In this document: positions 49,501 to 59,373 of the stretch, in pieces
Position numbering within the stretch: position 1 is the stretch's first letter
Layout: each line of letters begins with the position of its first letter
Assembly: GCA_951406725.2 (NCBI GenBank)
Contig: OX597820.1
Span: forward strand, 87,792,001 to 87,856,000
Source: Octopus vulgaris
Lineage: Eukaryota
Reading direction: 5' to 3'
Length of the DNA stretch: 64,000 bases
Notes under the pieces: generated by a model
The model's database searches: none
What the model was told of the DNA's origin: nothing
Seen by the model: the letters and a program-made list of their open reading frames with translations, nothing else
Translations under genes and position numbers: made by a program

Positions 49501-52500
49501 CCCAGTCGAACCGTCCAACCCATGCTAGCATGGAAATTGGACGTTAAATGATGACAGCCATGGCCATGTGGTAAGAAGCTGTAGTGGATTAAGTGAACAA
49601 TATTTCCTTGGACAGCAAGTGTACGCTTTAGTACCATTAGTGATAAAGAAGCAGGATCTGATTTCTAATTAGCAAGCTTTATTTACTCTTCATCATTATT
49701 TAATGACTGTTGTCCTGCTGGCAAGCTGTACCAGACTCCAGTCTGGTTTGGCATGATTTCTATGGCTGGATGCCCTTCCTAATGCCGATGACTTTACAGA
49801 GTATACTGGGTGCTTTTATGTGGCATCGTATGGATGCTTTTACGTGGCACCACATGGACGCTTTTATGTGGCATCACCAGCAGGATTAGTCTTAAAACTT
49901 CTGCTGTGAAGTACGGGTCTTCTAGAGTACAGCCAGGTGTCTGGTATCTCTGTCCTTTGTCATCTCTTGTAATGTTAAATCTATTTAAGCCTTAAAAGTA
50001 GCTTAAAACTCTTACAAAAACAATAGCAGGAGGAGCAGCACCATTTTAATGTTTTTTTTTTTTTACTATACTGGAGTAATTTGTTTGGGTCTACAGTATA
50101 ACCATACTACCATTGCTTTCACCTGTGAAGCCAAACATACTGAGACCTGAACTTAGCAAATTTTCTCCCACATCTTCCTTGATTTTTTTACTTCTACTAG
50201 TGACTCTTTCTCACCATCCAATTCCATCATTATGAATTTGAGTTGGGAGCTTGAGTCATATGAATCTTTCATTAACTGATTGCACAACCATGGACGTCAC
50301 CCCTATGGATGTGCTGCAGTTACTCTTTTGATAGAGTACCGCTAGTTCTTCCCTACCTCTTCACAATCTACTAAGCTGCAGTCCCATGACTTGGCTGTAT
50401 CCCTGGTGGGATGGCTAGATGGGTGCTATGCCTTGCCAACGGGCACAGTTATCACTCAGTGAGATATTTTCAAAATAAATGCATTGTTAATCATATTTAA
50501 TGAGAGAAAGTTTAGAAAATATTATTTTCAACTGGCTTCTGTGCCGGTGGCACATAAAAAGCACCATCCGAACGTGGCCGATGCCAGTGCCACCTTGGCT
50601 GGCTTCCATGCTGGTGGCACGTTAAAAGCACCAACCGATCGTGGCCGATGCCAGACCCCCTGGCACCTGTGCAGGTGGCACGTAAAAAGCACCCACTACA
50701 CTAGCGGAGTGGTTTGCGTTAGGAAGGGCATCCAGCTGTAGAAACACTGCCAGATCAGACTGGAGCCTGGTGCAGCCCTGGCTTCCCAGACCCCGGTCGA
50801 ACCGTCCAACCCATGCGTTAAACGATGATGATGACCTACCTTGGAAGTATTTTCCGCAGACCAAGCAGGCATAAACATTGATATGTGATAATGAAACCGA
50901 ACAAAGTTTTTCAAAATCGAAGTCAAGTACAGATCTGCAAGGAAATTGAGGGATAAAAACTACATTATATTTCACAACATAAGAATAACAAGGCATGAAT
51001 TTTTTTTTGCCTTTTGCTTTGTTGGGGATTGTGGGAAGGGTTTAATTGATTACACTGACTCCAGTATTCCCTGAAAGAATGAAAGACAAATTTGACATCG
51101 GTGGTATTTGAACTCAACGTAAAAACATACAAAATGCATTTTGTCTGGTCTGCTAACAATTCTGCCAGCTTGCCGCCTTAATAATAATAGTCCTTTCTGC
51201 TGTATGCACAAAACCTGAAATTTGTAGGGAGGGGCTAGTTGCTTACACTGATACACCTGCTCAACAGGTGCTTACTTTATCAACCGGGAAAGGATGAAAG
51301 GCAAAGTCAACCTTGGCAGTATATGAAATCAGAATGTAAAGACAGATGAAATGCCACTAAGCATTTTGTTTGGCATGTCAAAGATTCTGTCAGTTTGCTG
51401 CCTTAATAATAACAATAATGATGATGATGATGATTTTAAATTTTTGGAACAAGGCCAGCAGTTTTGAGGGAAGGGGACAAGTCAAGGAATGAACTCAAAA
51501 ACACAGGCATAGGGATAGCTATGTGGTAAAAAGTTTGCCTCTGGATCACATAGTCCAGTTCAGTCCCACTCCAAGGTACCTTGGGCAAGTGTCTTCTACT
51601 CTAGCCCTGGTGAGTGGATCTAGTAGACAGAAACTGAAAGATGCCCATCATATATGTTTGTGTTATTGTCTCCTTGGCCTCACATCACAAGTGTCATTGT
51701 CATGCAAGCAGTGTCCTTTGCTTCCAATCTTCTGTGAAAACATGTCTGGTGATAGGGTAATATTATTTTACTGGGAAACAGATGAGGGCTTGCAGCAGGA
51801 AGGGTGTCGGGATGCAGGAAATATGCCTTAACAAATTATGTCTAAATCATGCAGGTCTAAATAAGTGTTTGTTAAAACAACGATGATGATGATGATGGCA
51901 GTTATCATCATCATCATCGTTTAACGTCCGTTCTCCATGCTAGCATGGGTTGGACGGTTTGACCGGGGATTTGGGAAGCCAGAAGGCTGCACCAGGCTCC
52001 AGTCTTATCTGGCAATGTTTCTACAGCTGGATGCCCTTCCTAACGCCAACCACTCCGTGAGTGTAGTGGGTGCTTTTTACGTGCCACCTGCACAGGTGCC
52101 AGGCGAGGCTGGCATCGGCCACGGTCGGATTGGTGCATTTTACGTGCCACTGGCACGGAAGCCAGTCGAGGCGGCACTGGCTTCGGCCACGATTCGGATG
52201 GTGCTTTTTATGTGCCACCGACACGGAAGCCAGTCACGGTCGAATTGATAGGGTAAAGTGAACATGTCAAGTAATGTAATTATAAATAAATTTATAAGAT
52301 GTACATTAAGAAACAGAGGAATATAACTGGAATCAGTAACAACCAAATTTCCCTCAAGGGACAGACATTGGATAATGAAATGTTAGATTAAAATGACAAG
52401 TTGATCATGGTTGGAATGCTTTTGATCAAAGGTGCTGGATCAGAGATGATCTTGGGTTAAACAACCAGTAATTTAAATAGATTGGTACATTTTCCTCAAT

Positions 52501-53201
52501 TTATCATTATCACCATCATTTAACATCTGTTCTCCATGCTGATTTGGCATGATTTTTAAGGCTGGATGCCCTTCCCAATGCCAACCACTTTACAGAGTGT
52601 TCTGGATGCTTTTAAATGGCACCGCACGGATGTTTTTGCATGGCATCACACAGATGCTTTTACATGGCGTTGCACAAGTGCTTTTATGTGGCACTGCCAT
52701 GAGTGCTTTACACCACCAGGATTGGTTTTAACACTTCTGCCGTGGGGTATAGGTCTTCTTGAGTACGGCCAACTTAGGCTTTATATTATTAAAATACATT
52801 ACTTAACTTGAATCAACAAGGGAGTCTCTATGCAGTTGCTTGACCTGCTTGTGATAGTAGACAAATTTCCCACAAATCATACGTTATCATTTAAAAACTA
52901 GGAAGAACACACTGGATTTAGTTGTTTTGGGTGTGGAAAAGGATGGAGTCATCAAAGCTTTAATTTTATGCCTGCTCAGTCAAAGTAGGGATGAGTTGAA
53001 TGTAATAAAGAATAGCTTACCTGTTTATTGTATCAAGGTAAGGACAAGATCGACTACGGTCACTATCTGGTGAATAAATAGAATTGAAAATAAACAAATT
53101 ATATAGCAATCAGAAGTAGTTTTAAAGTTTTGTATTCAGAGAATAAATAACTCAAATATATAAGCATTATTATTTTATAAAATCTTCTCCAAGGTACTCA
53201 G

Positions 53202-53243
<42 letters not shown>

Positions 53244-55238
53244 TATTGATGAAATATTTACAGATTTTCAAAAATATAAATACCTTTAATATATATACGG
53301 ACTGATGACTTATTTAAAAATATGACAAATATAAATAAATAAGAGATTGAGCAGCAACACTGCTAATGACAGTAACTTGGAAAAGTGAATTGGAGAAGAG
53401 ACTTAGCAAAGATGTGACTGTCTTCCAGTGCCTGGAGTCTGTATGATCCAATTCCACCGACAAGCTATTGGTGACTTATGAAAGTGAGGTGTGGGAAAAA
53501 TGTCCAGATGTTTTCTGAAGACATCTTAGGACCAATCTAAGAATATATGATATAACCACATTACAAATGAAGTAATTTTGAAGAAAAAGGGCTGAGTAAC
53601 CTAAAGAATACCACTATTGTAAAAAGTAGTGCTTTGTTGATACAATGAGTACCAGTTGAGCACTGGGGTTGTCCTAATTGACTAGCCTCTTTCCACCAAA
53701 GTTAAGCGCTTGTGCTAATAGTAGAAAGGATCATTCATTATCACCATTTAATGTCACTTGTCCATACTGACATGGGTATGATAGTTTGACCAGAACTGGA
53801 AAACTGGAGAGCTGCATCAGGCTCCAGTCTGATTTGGCATGGTTTCTACGGCTGGATGTCCTTCCTAACACCAAGGGCGTGCTAGATGCCCTTCCTAACA
53901 CCAAGGGTGTGCTGGGTGCTTTTAATGTGATGCAACAGGCGCTTTTATGTGGCACTGGCATAAGGACTCTTGGAGATTAATCCTCTCTACCCAGGAGACA
54001 GGACTTAACATGTTTACCGTGGAGTAGAGGTCTTCTTGAGTACAGCATTTTGAGTGTTACTTTAAGAAAACTAAAATGAAAAAAATTCCCGGGTTCGTAA
54101 TCTCTATTTTTCTACAGGGATTAACAAAAAATTTAGAAAAAAAAAAAAAATTAAGGCATTCTTTCGTTAAGGTATTAAAAAATTGGGGTAAGGAGGGGCA
54201 ACGCGTTTTTTTTTTTGGGGGCAAAATCGTAATCTCCTATATCGAAAATATAAGCATCCGAAGAAATTTTGGAAAAACAGAGGCAGTGGGAGGGTGCATA
54301 TCGTTTACGTTCACCGAAACAGCTATTATTTTGGGGGATGAACAGCGCAGTTAGCAATTACAAGGTAACGGATTCGACCCCATTGTGTAGGAACTAGGGG
54401 CAATGTTCTAGATTGGTTGGCTAAAGCATGCCTTGTAAGTGAAATTAGGTAGACAGAAACTACTTGTCCAGCCAGGTCTCACAATGTATCCATGCAGATT
54501 CCGCCGGAAAATTACGATATGAGAACACACATGTCAGTAGAATAGTCAATCACTTAGACGCTAACGCAATTATTTAGTAGTTCGGTTAAAGAAACCAACT
54601 AAAAATTCACGGTCGGAAATTTTGCGATACACCATCACTGTCATTATTATTATCCCCAATATCAAGGCGGCGAACTGGCGGAATCGTTGGAGCGTCGGAA
54701 GAGACACCGTGCGGTGTATTCATGCTGGCTCTTTACGTTGAGCTCAGATCCCGTCGTAGTCAACTTTGCTTTTCATCCTATCGTAATCGGTAGAAATAAA
54801 GTACGAGTCAAGTACTGGAGCCGATTTGATAGACTAAAACCCCTGTACAATAAAAGTTACTGGTCGTGTACCTAAAATAACAATTATTATTGCTTTATTG
54901 TTCCAAATAATAACTACAAGTAGTCCCGCCAATTTTGGCCTTTGTCATCAACCATCGACCATAAATATTCTATTCTCTATTTCGTCTGTTTATAAATTGT
55001 AATTTGCTATAAATTTTGTGGCCGAAAAAAATAAAAATAAGAGTTTTAAAGTAAAACTAAGTTTCATAGAATTTAGTGAAAAAGTAAATTTACACACTGC
55101 AAATAGCAATCTAATAATAATAAATATTGAGTTACCTTCTGCTATATAAGATTTATTTTCTTTTTTAGATTTTTTAGGCGAGATAGTTTCATTGGAAGTT
55201 TTCTCAGGAAGACGTTTCCCATTGACTTGATCAGCCAT
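28648..55238 (-). CDS. USP39: Whole gene span: U4/U6.U5 tri-snRNP-associated protein 2 (USP39/SAD1), 14 coding exons, 1536 nt CDS, 511 aa
   Basis: Family motifs CPYLDTINRSVLDFDFEKLCSVSLSHINVYACLVCGKYFQGRG (ZnF-UBP), GIVGLNNIKANDY, HVSPHEMLQAV, ENIIPQVPL, EKNPTIVNFP, YDLIANIVH and WFELQDLHVADILPQMITLSESYIQ; all introns GT-AG with matching phases. Confidence 0.96.
29933..30019 (-). CDS. USP39: USP39 exon 13
   Basis: GTGKWFELQDLHVADILPQMITLSESYIQ, ttcag/gtaagc. Confidence 0.95.
30300..31121 (+). mobile_element. 5'-truncated RTE-clade LINE (second family) in USP39 intron 12, embedded in (TA)n
   Basis: RT motif THLHFADD, GLKMN..KTK, EYVYLGQ, LPAMLYGSETW, KFRWAEHVAR; TA repeats on both flanks. 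Confidence 0.92.
32814..32955 (-). CDS. USP39: USP39 exon 12 (degenerate His box)
   Basis: NIDFGDLLTPEIRVKHPYTTYDLIANIVHEGESGSDKGTYRVHILHK, tatag/gtaaat. Confidence 0.95.
34890..34951 (-). CDS. USP39: USP39 exon 11
   Basis: RFTKNYFVSEKNPTIVNFPI, ttttcag/gtaagt. Confidence 0.93.
37344..37567 (-). CDS. USP39: USP39 exon 10
   Basis: ETAEDTQFLYLTCDLPAPPLYPDDLRENIIPQVPLANILAKFNGITEKEYKTYKDSTMKRFKIFKLPPYIILYVK. Confidence 0.95.
39211..39256 (-). CDS. USP39: USP39 exon 9
   Basis: KEEEKEKLLQMEEYQ, tttcag/gtaagc; phases 0->1 bridge exons 8 and 10. Confidence 0.88.
40530..40785 (-). mobile_element. Decayed LINE RT fragment
   Basis: YRGIKLL...ESQFDYVQGRSTTDALFLVMQL resembles the QFGF..GRSTTDAIF RT motif. 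Confidence 0.75.
41700..41845 (-). CDS. USP39: USP39 exon 8
   Basis: GDAVYFMSWFLNALHVALGGSKKLSSSIINKTFRGKMTVYSRKVPPLDL, tctag/gtaagt. Confidence 0.95.
43147..43372 (-). CDS. USP39: USP39 exon 7
   Basis: ALSHVPPLRNYFLQEDSYKSIRRPAGDQMFLLVQRFGELLRKLWNPQNFKAHVSPHEMLQAVVLCSKKKFQITEQ, ttttag/gttagt. Confidence 0.95.
43842..43897 (-). CDS. USP39: USP39 exon 6 (degenerate Cys box)
   Basis: GIVGLNNIKANDYCNVILQ, cctag/gtaagg. Confidence 0.95.
43995..45742 (-). mobile_element. Decayed hAT (Buster/Charlie-like) transposon
   Basis: C-x-V-C...KPNLLKRRL.THT zinc-finger-like start; KASYEVAVLVAKNMKVHAIAESLILPAAK..MIG..SVSN; HCFIHR motif at about 44150; TIR-like TAGTGGCTCCCAACC at about 45740. Confidence 0.8.
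44367..44815 (-). mobile_element. LINE 3' end (RTE-like) inserted into a hAT remnant
   Basis: LDGTYTRLLMRAQNLSWKRHPT...KRVQFAGHCCR; (ATG)n tail. Confidence 0.8.
46273..46369 (-). CDS. USP39: USP39 exon 5
   Basis: YVLNPTFNHFHIKKLDSNPKLSRAYDGTTYLP, cacag/gtaaat. Confidence 0.93.
46740..46829 (+). ncRNA. Hammerhead ribozyme motif with extended stem II, in a Penelope-like remnant (46525-46862)
   Basis: Stem I ATGCAG/CTGCAT, CTGAAGA, about 59-nt insert, GAAA, palindromic A-CGATCG-T, GTA site. Confidence 0.62.
48559..48695 (-). CDS. USP39: USP39 exon 4
   Basis: GRGTKSHAYTHSVQDGHRVYLNLRTQKFYCLPDNYEIIDSSLEDII, attag/gtaagt. Confidence 0.95.
50840..50934 (-). CDS. USP39: USP39 exon 3 (ZnF-UBP)
   Basis: SVLDFDFEKLCSVSLSHINVYACLVCGKYFQ, ttgcag/gtaggt. 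Confidence 0.95.
53021..53066 (-). CDS. USP39: USP39 exon 2
   Basis: DSDRSRSCPYLDTINR, ccag/gtaag. Confidence 0.9.
55136..55238 (-). CDS. USP39: USP39 coding exon 1
   Basis: MADQVNGKRLPEKTSNETISPKKSKKENKSYIAE (basic, NLS-like), donor GTAAC, phase 1 fits exon 2; this region is poorly conserved. Confidence 0.7.
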
Positions 55239-55596
55239 ATTTACCACAAAGTGGAATAAAAGTCATGATCGTGTTGTTATTGCAACACACAAATATAAGA
55301 GTAAATTATGATAACAAATAAAATGTAGCATGCCTCAATATAAAATGAAATGTAAAAAAAAAAAAAGAAATAGAATTTTCAATATAAAATTTAAATGAAC
55401 TAAAGTTTTAAATTTGTTTTGAGACTAACTCACAGTGAGTGTCGCTAACCCAATACATTTTGGTTTACGGTAAAACGGTGTCGTTTTTTTTTTATTCGTG
55501 TTTTGGCGGCGTAATGTTTGTTAATTAACATTGATAAGATTTATCTTTAATTGGACAAGCAAGCCTAACTTGGAAGATAGTTTACGGAACAGTAGC

Positions 55597-56022
55597 GGCA
55601 ATCTTTCGTCTCTAGTAGACCTTTCCGTCGATTTCCGTAAAAAACTTCTTTTTTTTTTACATATGGGATTGCGGGAACTTTTGAAGTAATGAGAGCGAAA
55701 GAGACTAAGAGAAAGCGATTGTATGACGAGGGAAGTTCTTTTGAAGTTACCGTGCATGTGAAGCATTGATGTACATGTGTGTGTGTGTGTTTGATGGGGT
55801 GTGGGAGACAGACAGTATGTTGTGTAAGTGAAGTGCTTCTGTTAGTGTGTGTGAAGAGACAGAGTAATGTGTGAAAGAGAGAGATAACTGAAATTTTTTA
55901 CTCGGTGTATGTGTATATGTATGTATATTACTTCAAAAGTTCCCGCAAGCCCATATGTAAAAAAAAAAAAAAAAATTTTTACGGAAATCGACGGAAAGGT
56001 CTACTAGAGACGAAAGATCGCC
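55597..56022. mobile_element. MITE with about 95-bp TIRs and 8-bp TSD (Merlin/MULE-like)
   Basis: Long inverted repeats GGC(A/G)ATCTTTCGTCTCTAGTAGACCTTTCCGTCGATTTCCGTAAAAAA...GCGGGAACTTTTGAAGTAAT; perfect TSD ACAGTAGC. Confidence 0.88.
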
Positions 56023-57514
56023 ACAGTAGCAAATCCCAAACCGAAGTCTTTGGCGATGCAACAGTTTTTATTAGTGAAATAAGTCACGACAATATTTGAT
56101 GGTTTTGGAAGTGAAACTTGGTGACCTTAGTTTTGTTGATAGTCAAGTTAGTAGTATACTTATGCCTCTTCTTAGTGGTGGTTAGTAACGGATTGTCGCT
56201 GCCAATGCAGTTGTTGACAGTGTCTGTACCTGATCGGTGGTTTTAATGTATCTATTTTAAACAATAATACATACGTCCCTTACCCACTTAATAAGGGATT
56301 TTAAAAATGGAATTGATTACCTCTACTTACCCTACTCAGTTTCATAACTTGACGGCTAACCATGACCATCAATACGATCATCACTAATGGAAGCGCTCCG
56401 TCAGTTACGACGATGAGGGTTTCGGTTGATCCGAATCAATGGAACAGCCTGCTCGTGAAATTAACGTGTAAGTGGCTGAGCACTCCACAGACACGTGCAC
56501 CCTTAACGTAGTTCTCGGGGATATTCAGCGTGACACAGAGAGTGACAAGGCCGGCCCTTTGAAATACAGGTACAACAGAAACAGGAAGTAAGAGTGAGAG
56601 AAAGTTGTGGTGAAAGAGTACAGCAGGGATCACCACCATCCCCTGCCGGAGCCTCGTGGAGCTTTTAGGTGTTTTCGCTCAATAAACACTCACAACGCCC
56701 GGTCTGGGAATCGAAACCGCGAACCTATGACCGCGAGTCCGCTGCTCTAACCACGGGGCCATTGCGCCTGCACCATTACAAGCAATAACAATATCACAAT
56801 TGTGATAAAAATAAAAGAAAGATAAAAAGACGAACTAAGTGGAAATTTTACCGGTGAGTGTGTTAAATAATAAGGTACTAAAAGAGAATGACTCTCCCCA
56901 GACACAACAGAATATGCTTCAACACACGAACTCATATAAAGAATCTTGCAAACCAAATCCAAAAACGAAATATCACAATCATCAACAACAATACCAATGC
57001 CACAACTAAGACAGCACCATGGCGGTATTCTGCTTTAAACACCGCATATAACCCCTCATAACATTTTTTTGTTTTGGGAATTTTCTGAACATTTTTGCGA
57101 ATTTGTGTTCTTACACACGGGAATTCACACGTCTATGAAAAAAAAAATGTTTATAGGGAGAAAGATATTGAAAAACATCAATCACTAGAATGACAAACAA
57201 ACGAGGAGGGTATATGGTGGTCGTGAGATGTGTTAAAAATAACAGCTAAATAGCCCTTAAATCATACCATTTTTTTTCTTCTGCTTTTGCGTAATCGTAT
57301 CAATTTTCGTGAGTGTAGAACTCAACTTCACAAAAATTTTCTGAATTCCAAAAAATTAAATTATGAGGGGAATTCCTCATCAAGGAGGAGCAGTGACGAT
57401 TAAAAAAGTGGGCGACAAATTGCTATGTTCAATAAAATTAAAATGGTTCTAAAGTTATTCAACACCTTGGCTAAGAAAGAATTATGTTGATGCAAACTAT
57501 ATTTTATCTTCTCA

Positions 57515-57903
57515 CTAGCAGTATCGCCCGGCGTTGCTCGGGTTTGTAAGGGAAATAACTATATAAACATTTTTAGAGATGTAAAGTATAATAGCCATCT
57601 CAATATGGCTAACCACAAAGGGGGGTGTTACTGTAGCTTTTTACGTTCTGAGATTTAATAATACATTTTTAGAGAGTTACTTCCCTTATATAATAGCAAT
57701 AAAATGCATTAAAAATGGAAAAAAATTATGGTAAATTCTTTTTAAAATCGTAGACTCATCGTAGACGCGCGCTAATACCCAGAAGGGCTCGATATGAATC
57801 ACGACTATAAGATACCCGCTTTTGGTTACACTGCACCGCAAAATGTGGGAGTAAGGAATCTAAATCGTAGGAGACAGACACACAACTTCACTTTTATATA
57901 TAA
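57515..57903 (-). mobile_element. Non-autonomous Helitron
   Basis: Minus strand ends CCCGAGCAACGCCGGGCGATACTGCTAG|T (hairpin plus CTAG), the same terminus type as at 674-700; 5' end TATATATAAAAGTGAAGTTGTGTGTCTGTC. Confidence 0.75.
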
Positions 57904-58455
57904 ATATTACTAGAAAAGGGGAGGAGGGTAGTGATCCATGCATTGGAAAGATCTAGAAATAGCAGTCAAATTTTCAAATAATATTCCATTGTCTTCATTG
58001 TAAGGACACATTATATAATGTTAGTCCCTGATAGATGGGATGGTAATGGCAGGGATGCCTTGAATCATAGGTCTCTTCGATCAGAGCTGACCTGGGGTTA
58101 AACAACAACAGCCACATGCTAATAATCTAAAAATAGCAACCAAATGTCTCAAATGTCATCATCTAATAAAATATCTTAGATAATGTGGTCTTTGGTTTCA
58201 CGGTTGGAATGCCTTTAATCATTGATTTGCTCAAAGTTAAACAATAGCAACAGAAAGGGGAACCGCTTAGTGGTCGCTTCCCATGCTAAAAGAGCAGTCA
58301 CTCGTCCCTCAAATCACACCTCTAATGTGGTCCTAGATACACTGTATCTGAATAGAGGATAGGACAGTCATGGAAGGAACGCCTTAGTTCATAGGCTTAA
58401 CCTGTGACTACGAGTAAATAACACTAGAGATGTGCCAATGAGGAGTCCTCTACAT

Positions 58456-59373
58456 CAGTGGCTCTCAATCAGTGGCGACTCATGTATAGGGACTGTAGCT
58501 CCCCCTGTTTCCACTCGATATTATTGATAATATTCAATATAATGAGTCCTTTTTCTTTAATTCTTTACATAATCGTTAAGCTTATATCAGTAGACATTCC
58601 CTAGTTTACGGAAAAAAAAAATCCTTGTATAGAACTGTGCGCTTCGAAGTTCTTGCGACGCGGTGATTGGCTGTTGTGCGCATGCTCACATGTCCGAGAT
58701 AGGAAGCTTCACGCAAGGGAGAGAGAGCATTGCGTGAATGACTGCTGGGTGAAAGGTAGTTTTTCTTTTAGACTCTGAGTGTGTTGGTCTTAAAAATGTG
58801 CTTATATTCTTGAATGTGATAAAGTGTAGAGTTAGATTATTATCCTGCTTCCAGCTTCAATGTTGCTGCCAGGATTTGAAAAATAGGGTATATTCCCCAC
58901 CCCTTATTTTGTGATATAGGGGAGATTTTGAAAAACAAGGGGGAATTCGCGGCGGTGTTCAGTGAACAAATTAAACACATTACCCGACAGTGACTGAAAC
59001 GCGAACCGATCAAGTTCATGTATAAATTTTCTTTTTATATGTTTGTTTCCTTTTACACAATATTAAAACAATAGCTAAAAATTTTCTGAAGCAGCACCCC
59101 GACTAATTTTCTCTACGAGCCGCCACTGTTCTCAACTAATTTTTACTTATGGACCCCAATGATTCCTACTTTACTTGAACGAATCGTTGTGGGTCATTCG
59201 ATGATTAAAAAAAAATCTTGATATATTTTTATAATTAAATATGAGGAATTGTACAAAAAAAGAATTAACATATTTTCTGTATCGTAGAAGTATAACTAAT
59301 TTGTAGCATACAAACAGCAAAATCTTATATGAACATCTAAGAGTCATATATGGACCCCGGTTGACAAGAACTG
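58456..59373. mobile_element. Same hAT MITE family, carrying a nested second TIR element (58470-59128)
   Basis: Outer TSD CTCTACAT/TTCTACAT; inner TIRs CAGTGGCGACTC / GAGCCGCCACTG with imperfect 8-bp TSD CTCTCAAT/TTCTCAAC; body 59129-59373 matches 11900-12153. Confidence 0.75.
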
